Shown here: positions 10,005 through 20,293 of the stretch, piece by piece | Numbering within the stretch: position 1 is the stretch's first letter | Layout of the letters: every line of letters begins with the position of its first letter | From: Candidatus Delongbacteria bacterium | GTDB taxonomy: Bacteria; CAIWAD01 | Reading direction: 5' to 3' | Assembly (NCBI GenBank): GCA_963663545.1 | Contig: OY760505.1 | Coordinates: 2,688,001-2,752,000, forward strand | DNA length: 64,000 nucleotides | Notes under the pieces: generated by a model | The model's database searches: none | What the model was told of the DNA's origin: nothing | Seen by the model: only the letters and a program-made list of their open reading frames with translations | Program-made: the position numbers and the translations under genes

Positions 10005-11053
10005 TACTCAGTATAGGTCCATATCCTCCGCCTTTAGGTGGTATATCGGTGCATTTGCAACGTTTGAAGGCGCACCTTGATCGAGATGGGTATAAAAATG
10101 CTGTATGGAGTCGCTCACAGGCTAAAGATCATGAAAACAATATCCGACCAGTACGACAGAAGTGGCTGCGACCCCTTCTGTTTTTTAATCCACGATATAG
10201 CCTAATTCACTATCATGTATCTGGCTTTGAGGCTCGTAGCCTTGCTTCTTCAATGTGTCGTGCGTATAAAAATCGCAAGCATATCATTACATTGCATGGT
10301 GATGCACTACGCTTTGTGGCCGACCATCCAGAGCATTCCAAGAGCATATTTGAACCCTTTGATGCTGTCCTCAGTGTAAAACCTGGTGACGCGGAGCGAT
10401 TGCATGCTATGGGATTCAGTCGAAACATACGTTATATCTCGCCCTTCATTCCGCCCGTTGACGAAGATCTTGCCATTCAAAGCGACATTGTTTCTAATTT
10501 CGTTAATAAACATTCGTTAACTCTTTGTGCCAACGCAAGCAAAATTGTTTTCCATGACCAACAGGAGTTGTATGGATTGGATCTGTGCGTGGAGATGATG
10601 AGGCAAGTATGCAAAGTGCGAAAGGATGTAGGTCTAGTATTCTATTTGTCTAAATCCAATAATGCAGAATACATCGCTGAGCAGAAAGTAAAGGCTGAGA
10701 AGTATGGGGTAGCACAGCATATTCTGATTCACGAGTCGGAGGAGCAGTTTTATCCTTTGATCCGGAGGAGTGCCATCTTTCTTCGGCCTACGAATACCGA
10801 TGGCGAGCCGTTGTCTATTCGGGAGTCATTGTACTTCGGTGTCCCAGTGATAACAAGTGATGTTGTTCAACGCCCAAATGGATGCGTCTTGTTTCGTAAC
10901 AGGGATCCAAATGATTTGGCAGAGAAAGTGCTTGATGTCCTGGGAAACATGTCGGATCATTGTTTGCGCGTAGCGACATTACCCACTGTTTCCGGCTTGA
11001 GCGAGTTGATAGCTTTGTATCAACAGCTTGGTGAGCAGCCAGTTCAATTCTGA
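10001..11053 (+). CDS. Glycosyltransferase family 4
   Basis: GPYPPPLGGIS N-terminus; FLRPTNTDGEPLSIRES...GVPVI. Confidence 0.85.
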   Translation: MILSIGPYPPPLGGISVHLQRLKAHLDRDGYKNAVWSRSQAKDHENNIRPVRQKWLRPLLFFNPRYSLIHYHVSGFEARSLASSMCRAYKNRKHIITLHGDALRFVADHPEHSKSIFEPFDAVLSVKPGDAERLHAMGFSRNIRYISPFIPPVDEDLAIQSDIVSNFVNKHSLTLCANASKIVFHDQQELYGLDLCVEMMRQVCKVRKDVGLVFYLSKSNNAEYIAEQKVKAEKYGVAQHILIHESEEQFYPLIRRSAIFLRPTNTDGEPLSIRESLYFGVPVITSDVVQRPNGCVLFRNRDPNDLAEKVLDVLGNMSDHCLRVATLPTVSGLSELIALYQQLGEQPVQF

Positions 11054-12372
11054 AAATTCACTTTCGACTCTATCCATTTGTACTTGCGATCTGCTGGTCG
11101 ATGTATTCGTGATACTACAGTAGTTTTGAACTTCATGGTGTCACCAAAATATCCCCGCAAAATAGGAAGTACTTCAGCGAACTCACTGGCTACGAGCTGT
11201 GGTTCGTGTTCAGATTGCAAAATGACTTCGACGAGCTCAAGACTGTGCTGAATCACTTTACAAGATGTGTAAAGCTTACCACCGCGAAATGCATAGGAAA
11301 TGAGTGATGGCGCAATGAAGCCGCCAGAAGTCGAGAAGAGCCGGTCGGCTAGCCGCCCTTCAACATACTCGATAGAAGGAAACAAGTGCAGCGGACCGTC
11401 GCTATTATTGATTCCGCTGACATGATCATGTGTGGCGTATCGAATCATCGGAACGACATCGTTGTACAGATTGGTGCCAAGCACTTCATGTTCTTCCCCG
11501 AGGAACTCAGTATAGTACGCGCCAGGCTGAAAGTGAAGGCGTTTGCTTCCAGGAACCCACCCCGCTGTCGTAACACACTCGCTCTGCCCGTAAAGGTTGT
11601 GAACTGCAGTTTCCGGGAAAGTCCTATTCATTTGAGCTAGCTGGAAGTCATCCAGAACTTCAGAGGAGACGAAAATCGCTTTGGGATGAGCTAAGTCGTT
11701 CGCCCGTCCTGTTTGCTCAAGCACTTCAGCAAAGCGTGCAATTGCGGAAGGCACACCGTGATAAAACGGAATATTGGCTGAGCGAAGTGCAACTAGAATT
11801 TCGTCCAAGTATTCCGGTTCAAGACGCACATGGTTAACACGCAGGACGCGTGCTTCCTTGAAAAGGATGGTCGACTGCCCAGCTGGGACGCTGCCGCGAA
11901 ACTCAACGCGGCCAGCAGATGGCCTGAATCCATAGTGCTTCCAATATGAAACGGCAATAGCACCTTCAATTTTGAACAGCTTCAGCGGAACAGGCAAGCG
12001 TAACAGTTGTCCGGTGGAGCCGCTTGTCGCTTTTTCGCCAAGAAGATGCAGGTTTGTGCCCTGGACAATCATGTCCGCTGTGCAATTGACAATATCAGTC
12101 TTTCGGATAATAGGAATCTGTAAAATGTCTTCTGGATTCCGCAGAGTAGCAGGGTGGAAACCGTGTCGATCGTAGTATTCACGATAGAATTTGGTTTTAT
12201 GATAAGCCAAGTCCACAATATGTTGCAGCCGATGAAATTGGATGGCCCTGATTTCATCACGGCTTTTTTTCTTCAGACTTGTCAGATAATGCGAAAAGGT
12301 ATAAAAGTTATGATCGAAGGTTCTAAGCGAATAGGGGATTATTGATTTCAGCTTGGTCCAGAGGTATGCCAT
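11044..12372 (-). CDS. CapK / phenylacetate-CoA ligase-like adenylate-forming protein
   Basis: TSGSTG, YGQSE, PMIRYATHD, EGRLAD. Confidence 0.85.
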   Translation of the reverse strand: MAYLWTKLKSIIPYSLRTFDHNFYTFSHYLTSLKKKSRDEIRAIQFHRLQHIVDLAYHKTKFYREYYDRHGFHPATLRNPEDILQIPIIRKTDIVNCTADMIVQGTNLHLLGEKATSGSTGQLLRLPVPLKLFKIEGAIAVSYWKHYGFRPSAGRVEFRGSVPAGQSTILFKEARVLRVNHVRLEPEYLDEILVALRSANIPFYHGVPSAIARFAEVLEQTGRANDLAHPKAIFVSSEVLDDFQLAQMNRTFPETAVHNLYGQSECVTTAGWVPGSKRLHFQPGAYYTEFLGEEHEVLGTNLYNDVVPMIRYATHDHVSGINNSDGPLHLFPSIEYVEGRLADRLFSTSGGFIAPSLISYAFRGGKLYTSCKVIQHSLELVEVILQSEHEPQLVASEFAEVLPILRGYFGDTMKFKTTVVSRIHRPADRKYKWIESKVNFQN

Positions 12373-12386
12373 GGGTGGTTCCTCCT

Positions 12387-13610
12387 TTAGATGTCAGTAG
12401 TATTGTGTAGGCTAGTGAAAGCTTCCTCGAAAACCTGCATGGTTTTCGTCCAACTGAAGTTCTGCGCGAGTTCTCTACAAGCTTCGCGCTGGTTATCGCT
12501 TCGGAGCTCCAACAGCGAACGCAGCGCAGAAGCCAATTCTGGCAGCAGACAAGTGGTTTCTTCCCATACGATGCCAAGTCCAGTAGCTCGGACCATTTCG
12601 GAGCAGTCTCCAATGCCTGGAGAGAGTAACACGGGTAACCCTGCCCCAAGATAATCTGCGAATTTCACTGGCGAAGCAACGCGATTGAGCAGATTATCAT
12701 GCCGAATCAAGCAACCAACGTCTCCCACGCTCATCATGGGTCGCACTTCTGCTGGAGGAACCCTTAAAACGGCATAATCCTGCTTTGCTAATCCACAAGC
12801 TTCGGCGTATTTGGATGCCAGATCTGGAGCCCCAGTAAGCACAAGTAGAAATGCTTCAGGAATGTAGTCGCGCAGCTTGCCATAGAGTTGAATAAGATCC
12901 TGTGCGCGTTGCCAGCTCAACATGGATCCGGAGTAAAGCAGCACAGGTCTTTTCCCAATTCCAAGTTCCTCGCGTTTGGTCTCTCGCCACTCAGCACTTG
13001 GTAAAGGCTCGATAATTGTTGAGCTGGGTGTCACCCAGATTTTGTCAGCTGGCGTGTCGTAGGATTCCTGTATCCAATTCTTGAAGTAGTTTGAGACAAC
13101 GAAGACAAGATCAGCATTTTTAAGCGCACTCGCTTCCCAGCTACGATAGATCCGAATGTCAGCAGACTCGGGATCTGCACCGTTGAAGATCATCTCCGGT
13201 TCAAAAGCCCCGTGAATATCGTACACAAGACGAGGAAATCCTGGAATGCGGCTCCTTAGCTTTGCACAAGCTGCTCCCGTCCAGATCGTGTGAGCCGAGA
13301 TGATGTCATACTTCCGTTTTTTCACTATTTGATGAATAAGAAAAGCGCGCAGTGAAAGAATAAGCTGTGGGAATGGGCGAATACGAAAAAAGGGAATCGT
13401 CTTCAGGAGGACATTCACACCCTCCATTTCAAGCTGTTTGCGGAAGGCTAAGATTGCCTCACGATTACTGGCTAGGATGCTTCGAATGGGCATCAACAGT
13501 ACATCAACGTCATGCCCTGCCCGTTTTAGTGCGCGAATTTCATCGGTGATCTGAATTGAGTTGCCGGAAATCTTCCAAAGCATCCCGCTAGTTATATAGA
13601 GAATCTTCAA
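12387..13610 (-). CDS. Glycosyltransferase family 4
   Basis: YDIHG, YSGS, ASPVKFADYLGAGLPV, FSW; TTG start. Confidence 0.85.
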   Translation of the reverse strand: MKILYITSGMLWKISGNSIQITDEIRALKRAGHDVDVLLMPIRSILASNREAILAFRKQLEMEGVNVLLKTIPFFRIRPFPQLILSLRAFLIHQIVKKRKYDIISAHTIWTGAACAKLRSRIPGFPRLVYDIHGAFEPEMIFNGADPESADIRIYRSWEASALKNADLVFVVSNYFKNWIQESYDTPADKIWVTPSSTIIEPLPSAEWRETKREELGIGKRPVLLYSGSMLSWQRAQDLIQLYGKLRDYIPEAFLLVLTGAPDLASKYAEACGLAKQDYAVLRVPPAEVRPMMSVGDVGCLIRHDNLLNRVASPVKFADYLGAGLPVLLSPGIGDCSEMVRATGLGIVWEETTCLLPELASALRSLLELRSDNQREACRELAQNFSWTKTMQVFEEAFTSLHNTTDI

Positions 13611-13614
13611 ACTG

Positions 13615-15867
13615 CTACCTCACAATGTCAAAGCTCAGAGCTCCGTCCTTCTTCACGCAATTGACTCTACCTGTTGCCGGGAGGTCGGTTACCATAGGTA
13701 GGCGGGCGCGCATTGTGCCCGCTGGTGATGCAATTGTGCAGGTTGAGTCATTCACGCATAGCAGTCTATCCGTTTTATTGACAAGGGAATACGGTACTCG
13801 AACAAGCTTTGCGCCAGGTTCAAGGACATGAAGCGAATCAATGGAATAGACCAAGTGGGTATTGTCCTCTGAACTTATTTTGAGCACGGCTAGGCGCTTC
13901 GGGTCTGCTACTACATGCCGAAGACAGCTTCGCTGAAACTGCCTGTCAGAGCTAGTACAAGATTGATATCGGTATGCTTGTTCTTGCAATCCATATCGGG
14001 TTGAGATTGCTCCTGCCCAATCTTCGTTACCATACGATTCAAGCGCATGAAACTGCCCCTTTGTGTCAATAGAGCACAAGTGGAAACCATGATTGCCACC
14101 TAACTCCACAGGAGCAATAAAGTTACACTCGAGTTTGCTGTACTCACCTTGTAGCTCATCCACAATCAGAAGGAGGTCTTCTAACAACACGATTTGACGT
14201 AAGAAAGCAACGCCGTGAAGAGAAACGTCGGACCATGCCAGCAGGGGTAGCTGATTTGTGTAACCCGATCCGATCACTTCCGGTAGCTGGTAAACGCCAA
14301 ATCGCTTGCTGCTAACGTCGCAATGATCTTGCTCGTCTACGCGAATAGTGGAGTGGGAGCTTGTGCTTCGATACAGACGTCGCAGATTGTCAGGGCCATT
14401 GTAAAGGTAAGTCCCAGGGTCACTTAGGAGCTCATTTCCTTGAAACCACAGGAGGATCTGGTTGCAGTCTGCATGACGATGACTAGCCCCGACTCGCGGA
14501 ATCACAACTCCAGCTCCTCCTCGAAGAAGGAAGTAGATTCCCTTGCTGGAATTTTTATACAGTATTAAGTTTGAAGTGGCGCGGTAGTTCACGGCTGAGT
14601 CTTCTTGCGACATGTTGTGCGAAACAGGCGGCGTTTCTGGTCCACATAGCCAGATGGATTCCGAATCGTGACCTAGCGATTGCGCCAGCAGTCCGGGCCG
14701 ATGTAGAATTCTTCCTGCTGTAGCGGCAATGCGTGAGCGGTGCGAATGGGGATCTGAATCCAGGAAGTATGCCAATGCATCGTCGGCATCTCCAATGTAC
14801 GCTATTCGACCATTTGGTAGCACAGAATCCAAGGCAATTTCTGTAGCCTTGACAAGGCGATCATCCAGAAAATCAAAGCTGTGATCACTCAGGCGTGTAG
14901 CGAGGGCGCGACATAACAACGCCCACTCTAGCACGTAGTAATGATAATTGCTGGCAAACTCTGCCTGTTGTCCGTCTGCCAGAAGCTGGAGATCCAATGC
15001 CGCGAGCAATCCCTTGCGCGCCCTTGTGCGCCATTGCGTCGTCTGCTTGCCTGCGGGCAAAATGCTGGCAGCAATCCACAATCCTGCAGATTCGGCAATC
15101 AGATGATTGTGAGAATGTGATTTGTCAGGATTGTAGTACCAAGCGAGTGTATTCGTCTGTAGATTAATGGCTTGTAGGAGGTCCGCCAAGAATGCTTCGG
15201 GCACAAGCTCGTGGTGTAGGAGCAAGAAGAGGACAAAGATCCACTGAGTAGTTCGGACGGCATGCTCCTGGATTTGCGGTCCGATCCAAGCGATTCCATG
15301 CCCCACGGGATTATGATCCCACCAGTCGTAAAACAACAACTGGAGCAGTTCCAAGTCCCTTGGATCCTGTCGAAGGAGCCACGCCTGTGCTAGGCGGACG
15401 AGGTACAGATGCCGGTGCAAATCCCATAAATGCCGAATCTCTCCTGGGCGCGATTCTGATGAGTAATCGATCTTGCGATACCAGGAATCCGGCCATCGTT
15501 TACCCGTAACCAGGTCCAAATGCCAGTCGGGGGGCGAAGAGATGGGCCTGTGCGCCACGGGTACAAACTGGGAGAAGTCCCCTTGGTGCAATCTGTCGGC
15601 ACTTCGCAAAATCTGCTCGCACTCGGCCTTACGGTGATTCTGCAGCCACAAGACGCTGGCGGCAAGGGACTTGTCGTTGAATAAGAATTGGGGAGATTGC
15701 CCCGAGCGCATTGCTCGCACTTTTGCAATCCAGGAGTGGCTTTTAGGAGCCGGATATCTACTGAAATGCTCTCGACTCTGCCATACGCGAAATTTCCAGA
15801 CTTCACAGATATGCCGGCGCATTCGACTGTATCTTGTTACCAGCGCTCTGACAATACGATTTACCAT
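13615..15867 (-). CDS. Heparinase II/III family protein
   Basis: DWH.D, WDLHRH, HNHLIAE, EFASNYH, HRHAD, SDPGTYLY, STSSHST. Confidence 0.85.
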   Translation of the reverse strand: MVNRIVRALVTRYSRMRRHICEVWKFRVWQSREHFSRYPAPKSHSWIAKVRAMRSGQSPQFLFNDKSLAASVLWLQNHRKAECEQILRSADRLHQGDFSQFVPVAHRPISSPPDWHLDLVTGKRWPDSWYRKIDYSSESRPGEIRHLWDLHRHLYLVRLAQAWLLRQDPRDLELLQLLFYDWWDHNPVGHGIAWIGPQIQEHAVRTTQWIFVLFLLLHHELVPEAFLADLLQAINLQTNTLAWYYNPDKSHSHNHLIAESAGLWIAASILPAGKQTTQWRTRARKGLLAALDLQLLADGQQAEFASNYHYYVLEWALLCRALATRLSDHSFDFLDDRLVKATEIALDSVLPNGRIAYIGDADDALAYFLDSDPHSHRSRIAATAGRILHRPGLLAQSLGHDSESIWLCGPETPPVSHNMSQEDSAVNYRATSNLILYKNSSKGIYFLLRGGAGVVIPRVGASHRHADCNQILLWFQGNELLSDPGTYLYNGPDNLRRLYRSTSSHSTIRVDEQDHCDVSSKRFGVYQLPEVIGSGYTNQLPLLAWSDVSLHGVAFLRQIVLLEDLLLIVDELQGEYSKLECNFIAPVELGGNHGFHLCSIDTKGQFHALESYGNEDWAGAISTRYGLQEQAYRYQSCTSSDRQFQRSCLRHVVADPKRLAVLKISSEDNTHLVYSIDSLHVLEPGAKLVRVPYSLVNKTDRLLCVNDSTCTIASPAGTMRARLPMVTDLPATGRVNCVKKDGALSFDIVR

Positions 15868-16114
15868 ATGCCCTGCCTAGGCTGGCTGATTGTATCCAGA
15901 AAGCACATGTGCACGTTCCGACAATGACATAGGATCTACGACTTCACGCATCACAGTTAACTTGATAGTGCTCAGGAAATATAGTAAAATCAGCGGCTGA
16001 ATGCGAACTGTGGCCGGTTTTGGAGCCCATGTGAGTGAGTAGCGGCCCTTGCCGTTGGTGAATACTAGCCAAGTTATCTGCAGTAATAACTGTACACTGG
16101 GGACGATAAGCCAC

Positions 16115-17581
16115 ATGGTGTTCAAACGCATCGCAAAAGATTCTGCATTGTTTTCCATCGCCAACTTCGGGTCGCGTATTCTTGGGATGCTACTGGTTCC
16201 GATGTACGTACAGTACATCAATCCTGAAGAGTATGGCCAACTGGATTTTCTGCAGACTTTATCCGGGATTCTATCGATGGTGCTGGTCTGCGGATTGCCC
16301 TCCGCGCTAGTGCGCTTCTATCATTCTGTCGCCTCTGAGAATAAGCCCTATCTGGCCTCTACTGGGCTTCTTTCCATCACTGCTTTTAGTTTTCCTATTG
16401 CATTGCTGATTTTCATTTTTGCGCACCCCATCGCTGACACGTTTTTTCCTTTCCAGGACAGTTACCTCTACATCCGGGTTTTATCGGTTTCTTTCGCCTT
16501 GCATCTGTTGATCAACTACCTTCACTCGTTACTTATTCTCCATGGTGCCTCCCGTACTTTTGTTGCCATTAGTCTTTCACATACGGCGTTATCGCTACTC
16601 CTGAATATTGTGCTGATCGCTGGTGTCAAGCTCGGGATCCTGGGATTGTTGTTGTCCTCCGCAATCAGCTACGCGTCCGAAGTTGTATTTCTCCTGCTAT
16701 TTGGACGTAGACTACTCGTATTTTCGTTTCGAAAAGAGTATTTCGGAATGATGATTCGGTTTGGCGCACCAATGATTTTGGCGAGTATTTCTGGTTGGGT
16801 GCTCTCTGCTTCGGACCGATTTTTCCTTGTTCATTATTCTAGTTATGAGCAAGTTGGTTTGTATTCGATCGCTTACAAATTTGCCAGTGGACTGAATTTT
16901 CTATTCTTCACGCCCTTTATTCGTGCATGGACAAGAACAATTTTTGCGGAACAAAATAGTGCTGGGCTTAAGGAGGTTATTTCCAGAACGGCTCGCTATT
17001 ATGTTTCCGCAGCCCTTTTCTTTGCTGTAACAGCTTCCGTGTTTATTCCGGAGATACTCCGGATACTAACTAACCCCGAGTACTATAGCGCATATTCTGC
17101 GTTTCCCCTGTTAATTGCATCATTTGTAGCGTTTAACTTTAACCGTTTATTAGAGGTGCCCTTGCATTTGAAGAATAAATCAGGGCTTTCTGCTAGTCTC
17201 GGTATGTTTGCGATGTGTCTTAATCTGGTGCTGAACTATTTGTTAATACCGAAGTTTGGTATTTTGGGGGCTGCCCTGGCCACTTATCTTTCATATACGG
17301 CAAACAACGTTGCCTTCTATTTGTGTGTACAAAAATTCAATCCAGTAGCCTACCCCATTGCGCCTTCTTTTATTTTCCTGGTGGGTGGTATTCTTGTAGT
17401 TGGTGTTTGCCTGTATCCAGGATTCTCTATCTCTTGGCCACTGAAAATCCCAATTACCCTTTCGTATTTGCTATTGTTGGGACTGTGGAATCGCAAGGAC
17501 TTGGCCCTTGCTACGCAAAGGGCGTTGGAGTTGAAGGAGCAATACATAGCGAGAAGGGGTAGCCGCGGTCCAGGTGCCTGA
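16115..17581 (+). CDS. wzx: Wzx flippase (polysaccharide transporter)
   Basis: Multi-TM; PEEYG, GLPSALVRFY, SDRFFL, VGLYS, LIPKFGILGAALAT. Start moved to MVFKRIAKDS. Confidence 0.88.
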   Translation: MVFKRIAKDSALFSIANFGSRILGMLLVPMYVQYINPEEYGQLDFLQTLSGILSMVLVCGLPSALVRFYHSVASENKPYLASTGLLSITAFSFPIALLIFIFAHPIADTFFPFQDSYLYIRVLSVSFALHLLINYLHSLLILHGASRTFVAISLSHTALSLLLNIVLIAGVKLGILGLLLSSAISYASEVVFLLLFGRRLLVFSFRKEYFGMMIRFGAPMILASISGWVLSASDRFFLVHYSSYEQVGLYSIAYKFASGLNFLFFTPFIRAWTRTIFAEQNSAGLKEVISRTARYYVSAALFFAVTASVFIPEILRILTNPEYYSAYSAFPLLIASFVAFNFNRLLEVPLHLKNKSGLSASLGMFAMCLNLVLNYLLIPKFGILGAALATYLSYTANNVAFYLCVQKFNPVAYPIAPSFIFLVGGILVVGVCLYPGFSISWPLKIPITLSYLLLLGLWNRKDLALATQRALELKEQYIARRGSRGPGA

Positions 17582-17623
17582 AATTTGCTCCTCGGCAGAC
17601 GTGAATAACGAAAGGATTCTTGC

Positions 17624-18634
17624 ATGTGTGCGCGAATAATGTATGTCACTATTCTAATCGGCTTCATGTGTGGGGGCTGTACCGAGTCAGAGGACTCAAT
17701 CGACATCGTGCATGTTGACGTTGAGCGTACCACCGATCTCGTAGTCCAAGTGAATGAGTTACTCGAGATCGCTGAGAATACCAGTTTTATCAATGGCGCT
17801 TCGCTCTATCTATCTGCAGGTTCTGGAATTGTTTTCTCCAACGACGTTCAGCTGAGCATTGATGGAAACCTGATCGCCACTGGCAGTTCGTCGTCTGCTG
17901 TGGGCATAAGTAGTTCTAATTCTATACACCAAGGAGGAATCAGGGTGAATGGGGACAGCCTGGTTCTGGAACATACTCGGGTTTCTAACCTGAATATGGG
18001 GGTGATTGCAGAAGGGTGTTTTGCTATTCTCAACGGTATCACTGTAAGTGGGTGCGAATCTGGCCTATGGTTGGATGATGCTAATGGAACGGTCTCAGAT
18101 GTGAGCATTAGTGCCTGCGATTTTGGATTGAGGATTTCTGAAAGCTCTGTTGTGATGAGTCAGTTAGATGTGCAGAGCAATAACACTGGAGTAAGTCTTG
18201 ATCATAATTTCAGTGAGATTAACGCAAGTTATTTTTCAGAGAATATTATTGCCATCAGGTGCATTGGGATGGATTCAACGCTAATTCTGGATTCAGACTT
18301 CTTGACCAATGATAAAAGCGTGGAGTTCCATTACGCTTATCCCGTTTTCCGCGGCAATCGATGCAGGGGAAGTCGCATCGATCTCTACTTGCTTACCTAT
18401 TCACGACGTAATGTTCATATTGAGCAGAACGATTTTTTAAGTGCTGAACAGTATTCCGTTTGCATTCCTCACCTAGAGTGGGATAACTCTCACGCGGTAG
18501 ATATCAGCGGCAATTATTGGGGTACTACAGATGAGGAGGAGATCGCTACTCGGATCCGCGATGGATTTGATGATGAGTTATGTGACACGCTGGTGTTTGC
18601 ACCCATCGCAATCTCGCCGCTCACTAATTTCTAG
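17624..18634 (+). CDS. Putative lipoprotein with right-handed parallel beta-helix repeats
   Basis: MCGGC lipobox-like; repeated (S/G)C..GL.(L/I) beta-helix turns; DISGNYWGT motif. Confidence 0.65.
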   Translation: MCARIMYVTILIGFMCGGCTESEDSIDIVHVDVERTTDLVVQVNELLEIAENTSFINGASLYLSAGSGIVFSNDVQLSIDGNLIATGSSSSAVGISSSNSIHQGGIRVNGDSLVLEHTRVSNLNMGVIAEGCFAILNGITVSGCESGLWLDDANGTVSDVSISACDFGLRISESSVVMSQLDVQSNNTGVSLDHNFSEINASYFSENIIAIRCIGMDSTLILDSDFLTNDKSVEFHYAYPVFRGNRCRGSRIDLYLLTYSRRNVHIEQNDFLSAEQYSVCIPHLEWDNSHAVDISGNYWGTTDEEEIATRIRDGFDDELCDTLVFAPIAISPLTNF

Positions 18635-18970
18635 CCGGATACGTGAGGAAGAGGCAAGGTCCGAATTCACGGTAGTTTGGTGAAGTCGATTGCCCTGTCC
18701 ATGAGTAGCTCTTGTCCATCAAGTGTTCCGATCCTGGCGCAGCTAATTGTGTTTGGTTTGACAATTATCTATGCGATGGGATAACTTGAGGTCGGTATGG
18801 GCGATCTCTTTGCCGAATGCTAAATTTGATACTCGGTTTCTTGATGCTTTATTGGTGTTGGCTTCTCTTATAAATTTGAAGCTGTGTAATTTGATGAGAG
18901 TGTCTAACATTGAATCAATAAGAGGAATTGTTGCGTAGAGGGAGCATTAAGCCGTTTAATTGCAGGATCA

Positions 18971-20212
18971 ATGATAATGAAGAAGATTGAGCATTACCAA
19001 CAAAAGAGTATATTGATATATGATGATCAGTTTTTTCGCGGGAAAGATGGTGTTCATTATTCTAATGAAGCACACATTGTTTTTATGTTGAAGTATCGTC
19101 ACTATTTTAAGCAATTAGGGTTGATTTCGCGGTATCGGAAAGAGCCGTGTACTGGTCCGTATCGCATCCCATCGGAAGTCTGTGTGCATAAGCTTCCACA
19201 TTATGAATCCGTAATAGATCTTATGTTCCGTTTGCCATTGCTCCTGCCTCGTATATATCTAATCGTGCGCAATGTGTTGCCAAAGTACGATTATTTCATG
19301 TGCTCGTGGCCAACACCTGTTTCGCTATTAATGCTTGTTCTGCATCATTATTTGCCTGGAAAAACTAAGCGTCAATCCATGATTCTTGTGCGTCAGAACA
19401 TGAATAAGCTAGTTGAGCTTAGATATACCGGGTGGAGGCGCACACTTGGTTTGCTTTTGTGTCGTTTTCTTGATCGGCAGTTCCACCGCTACGGAAAGAG
19501 TGCCATAGTCTTCCCAGTAGGTGCGGAAATGTACGCGCATTACAGCAAGCTACATAATCACACGATTTTGATGACTCTTCCGCTGGTTTCTCGAGCCGAT
19601 ATTCCGGATGAGATTAAGCTGAAGCCAATTGATATCAAGGGAAGGATAAAGCTCCTTTTCGTCGGCCGACTTGACAAGGAGAAGGCCTTGGATATCATGT
19701 TACATGCTTTGAAGATTCTTGTTACTCATTTTCCAGAAGTGGAATTGGACTTGGTTGGGGAAGGCACAGAGGAAAGCGAGTTACGCCAACTAGCTACAGA
19801 ATTGGGAATAGAGGAGCGAGTTCATTTTCTAGGATATGTCGGTTTTGGTCAAGAGCTTTACGATCTGTATAGACAGGCAGATGTATTTGTTATATCATCA
19901 CTTAGTGAAGGCTTCCCCAAAGTGATTGTTGAGGCAATGGTGATGGGTACCCCCGTTGTTGCGACTGAGGTCGGAGGGATTCCCAATGTCATCCATCATG
20001 GGGAAAATGGCTGGCTTGTTGCGCCGGGATCCCCGGAATGTCTAGCTGCTGGTGTGCAGCAGGTGTTGGAGGATCCGCAACTCTATGCATCTTTACGGCG
20101 TCAGGCAGCGGAAGAGAGTGAGTACTACACATGCGAGAACCAGATTGAGCGTATGCTGCAGTACATGAATGAGTGCCACGCTGACCCAGAGACACGCCCT
20201 CGTGAACGCTAA
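18971..20212 (+). CDS. Glycosyltransferase family 4
   Basis: LFVGRLDKEK, SEGFPKVIVEAM..GTPVVAT.VGG. Confidence 0.9.
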   Translation: MIMKKIEHYQQKSILIYDDQFFRGKDGVHYSNEAHIVFMLKYRHYFKQLGLISRYRKEPCTGPYRIPSEVCVHKLPHYESVIDLMFRLPLLLPRIYLIVRNVLPKYDYFMCSWPTPVSLLMLVLHHYLPGKTKRQSMILVRQNMNKLVELRYTGWRRTLGLLLCRFLDRQFHRYGKSAIVFPVGAEMYAHYSKLHNHTILMTLPLVSRADIPDEIKLKPIDIKGRIKLLFVGRLDKEKALDIMLHALKILVTHFPEVELDLVGEGTEESELRQLATELGIEERVHFLGYVGFGQELYDLYRQADVFVISSLSEGFPKVIVEAMVMGTPVVATEVGGIPNVIHHGENGWLVAPGSPECLAAGVQQVLEDPQLYASLRRQAAEESEYYTCENQIERMLQYMNECHADPETRPRER

Positions 20213-20293
20213 ATTAATGCGCAGTATTTACGATAGACAGAAGCGAGTAGGCCTTGTATACAGGAGTGATACATCCGTGGATGCGAAAGTGGT

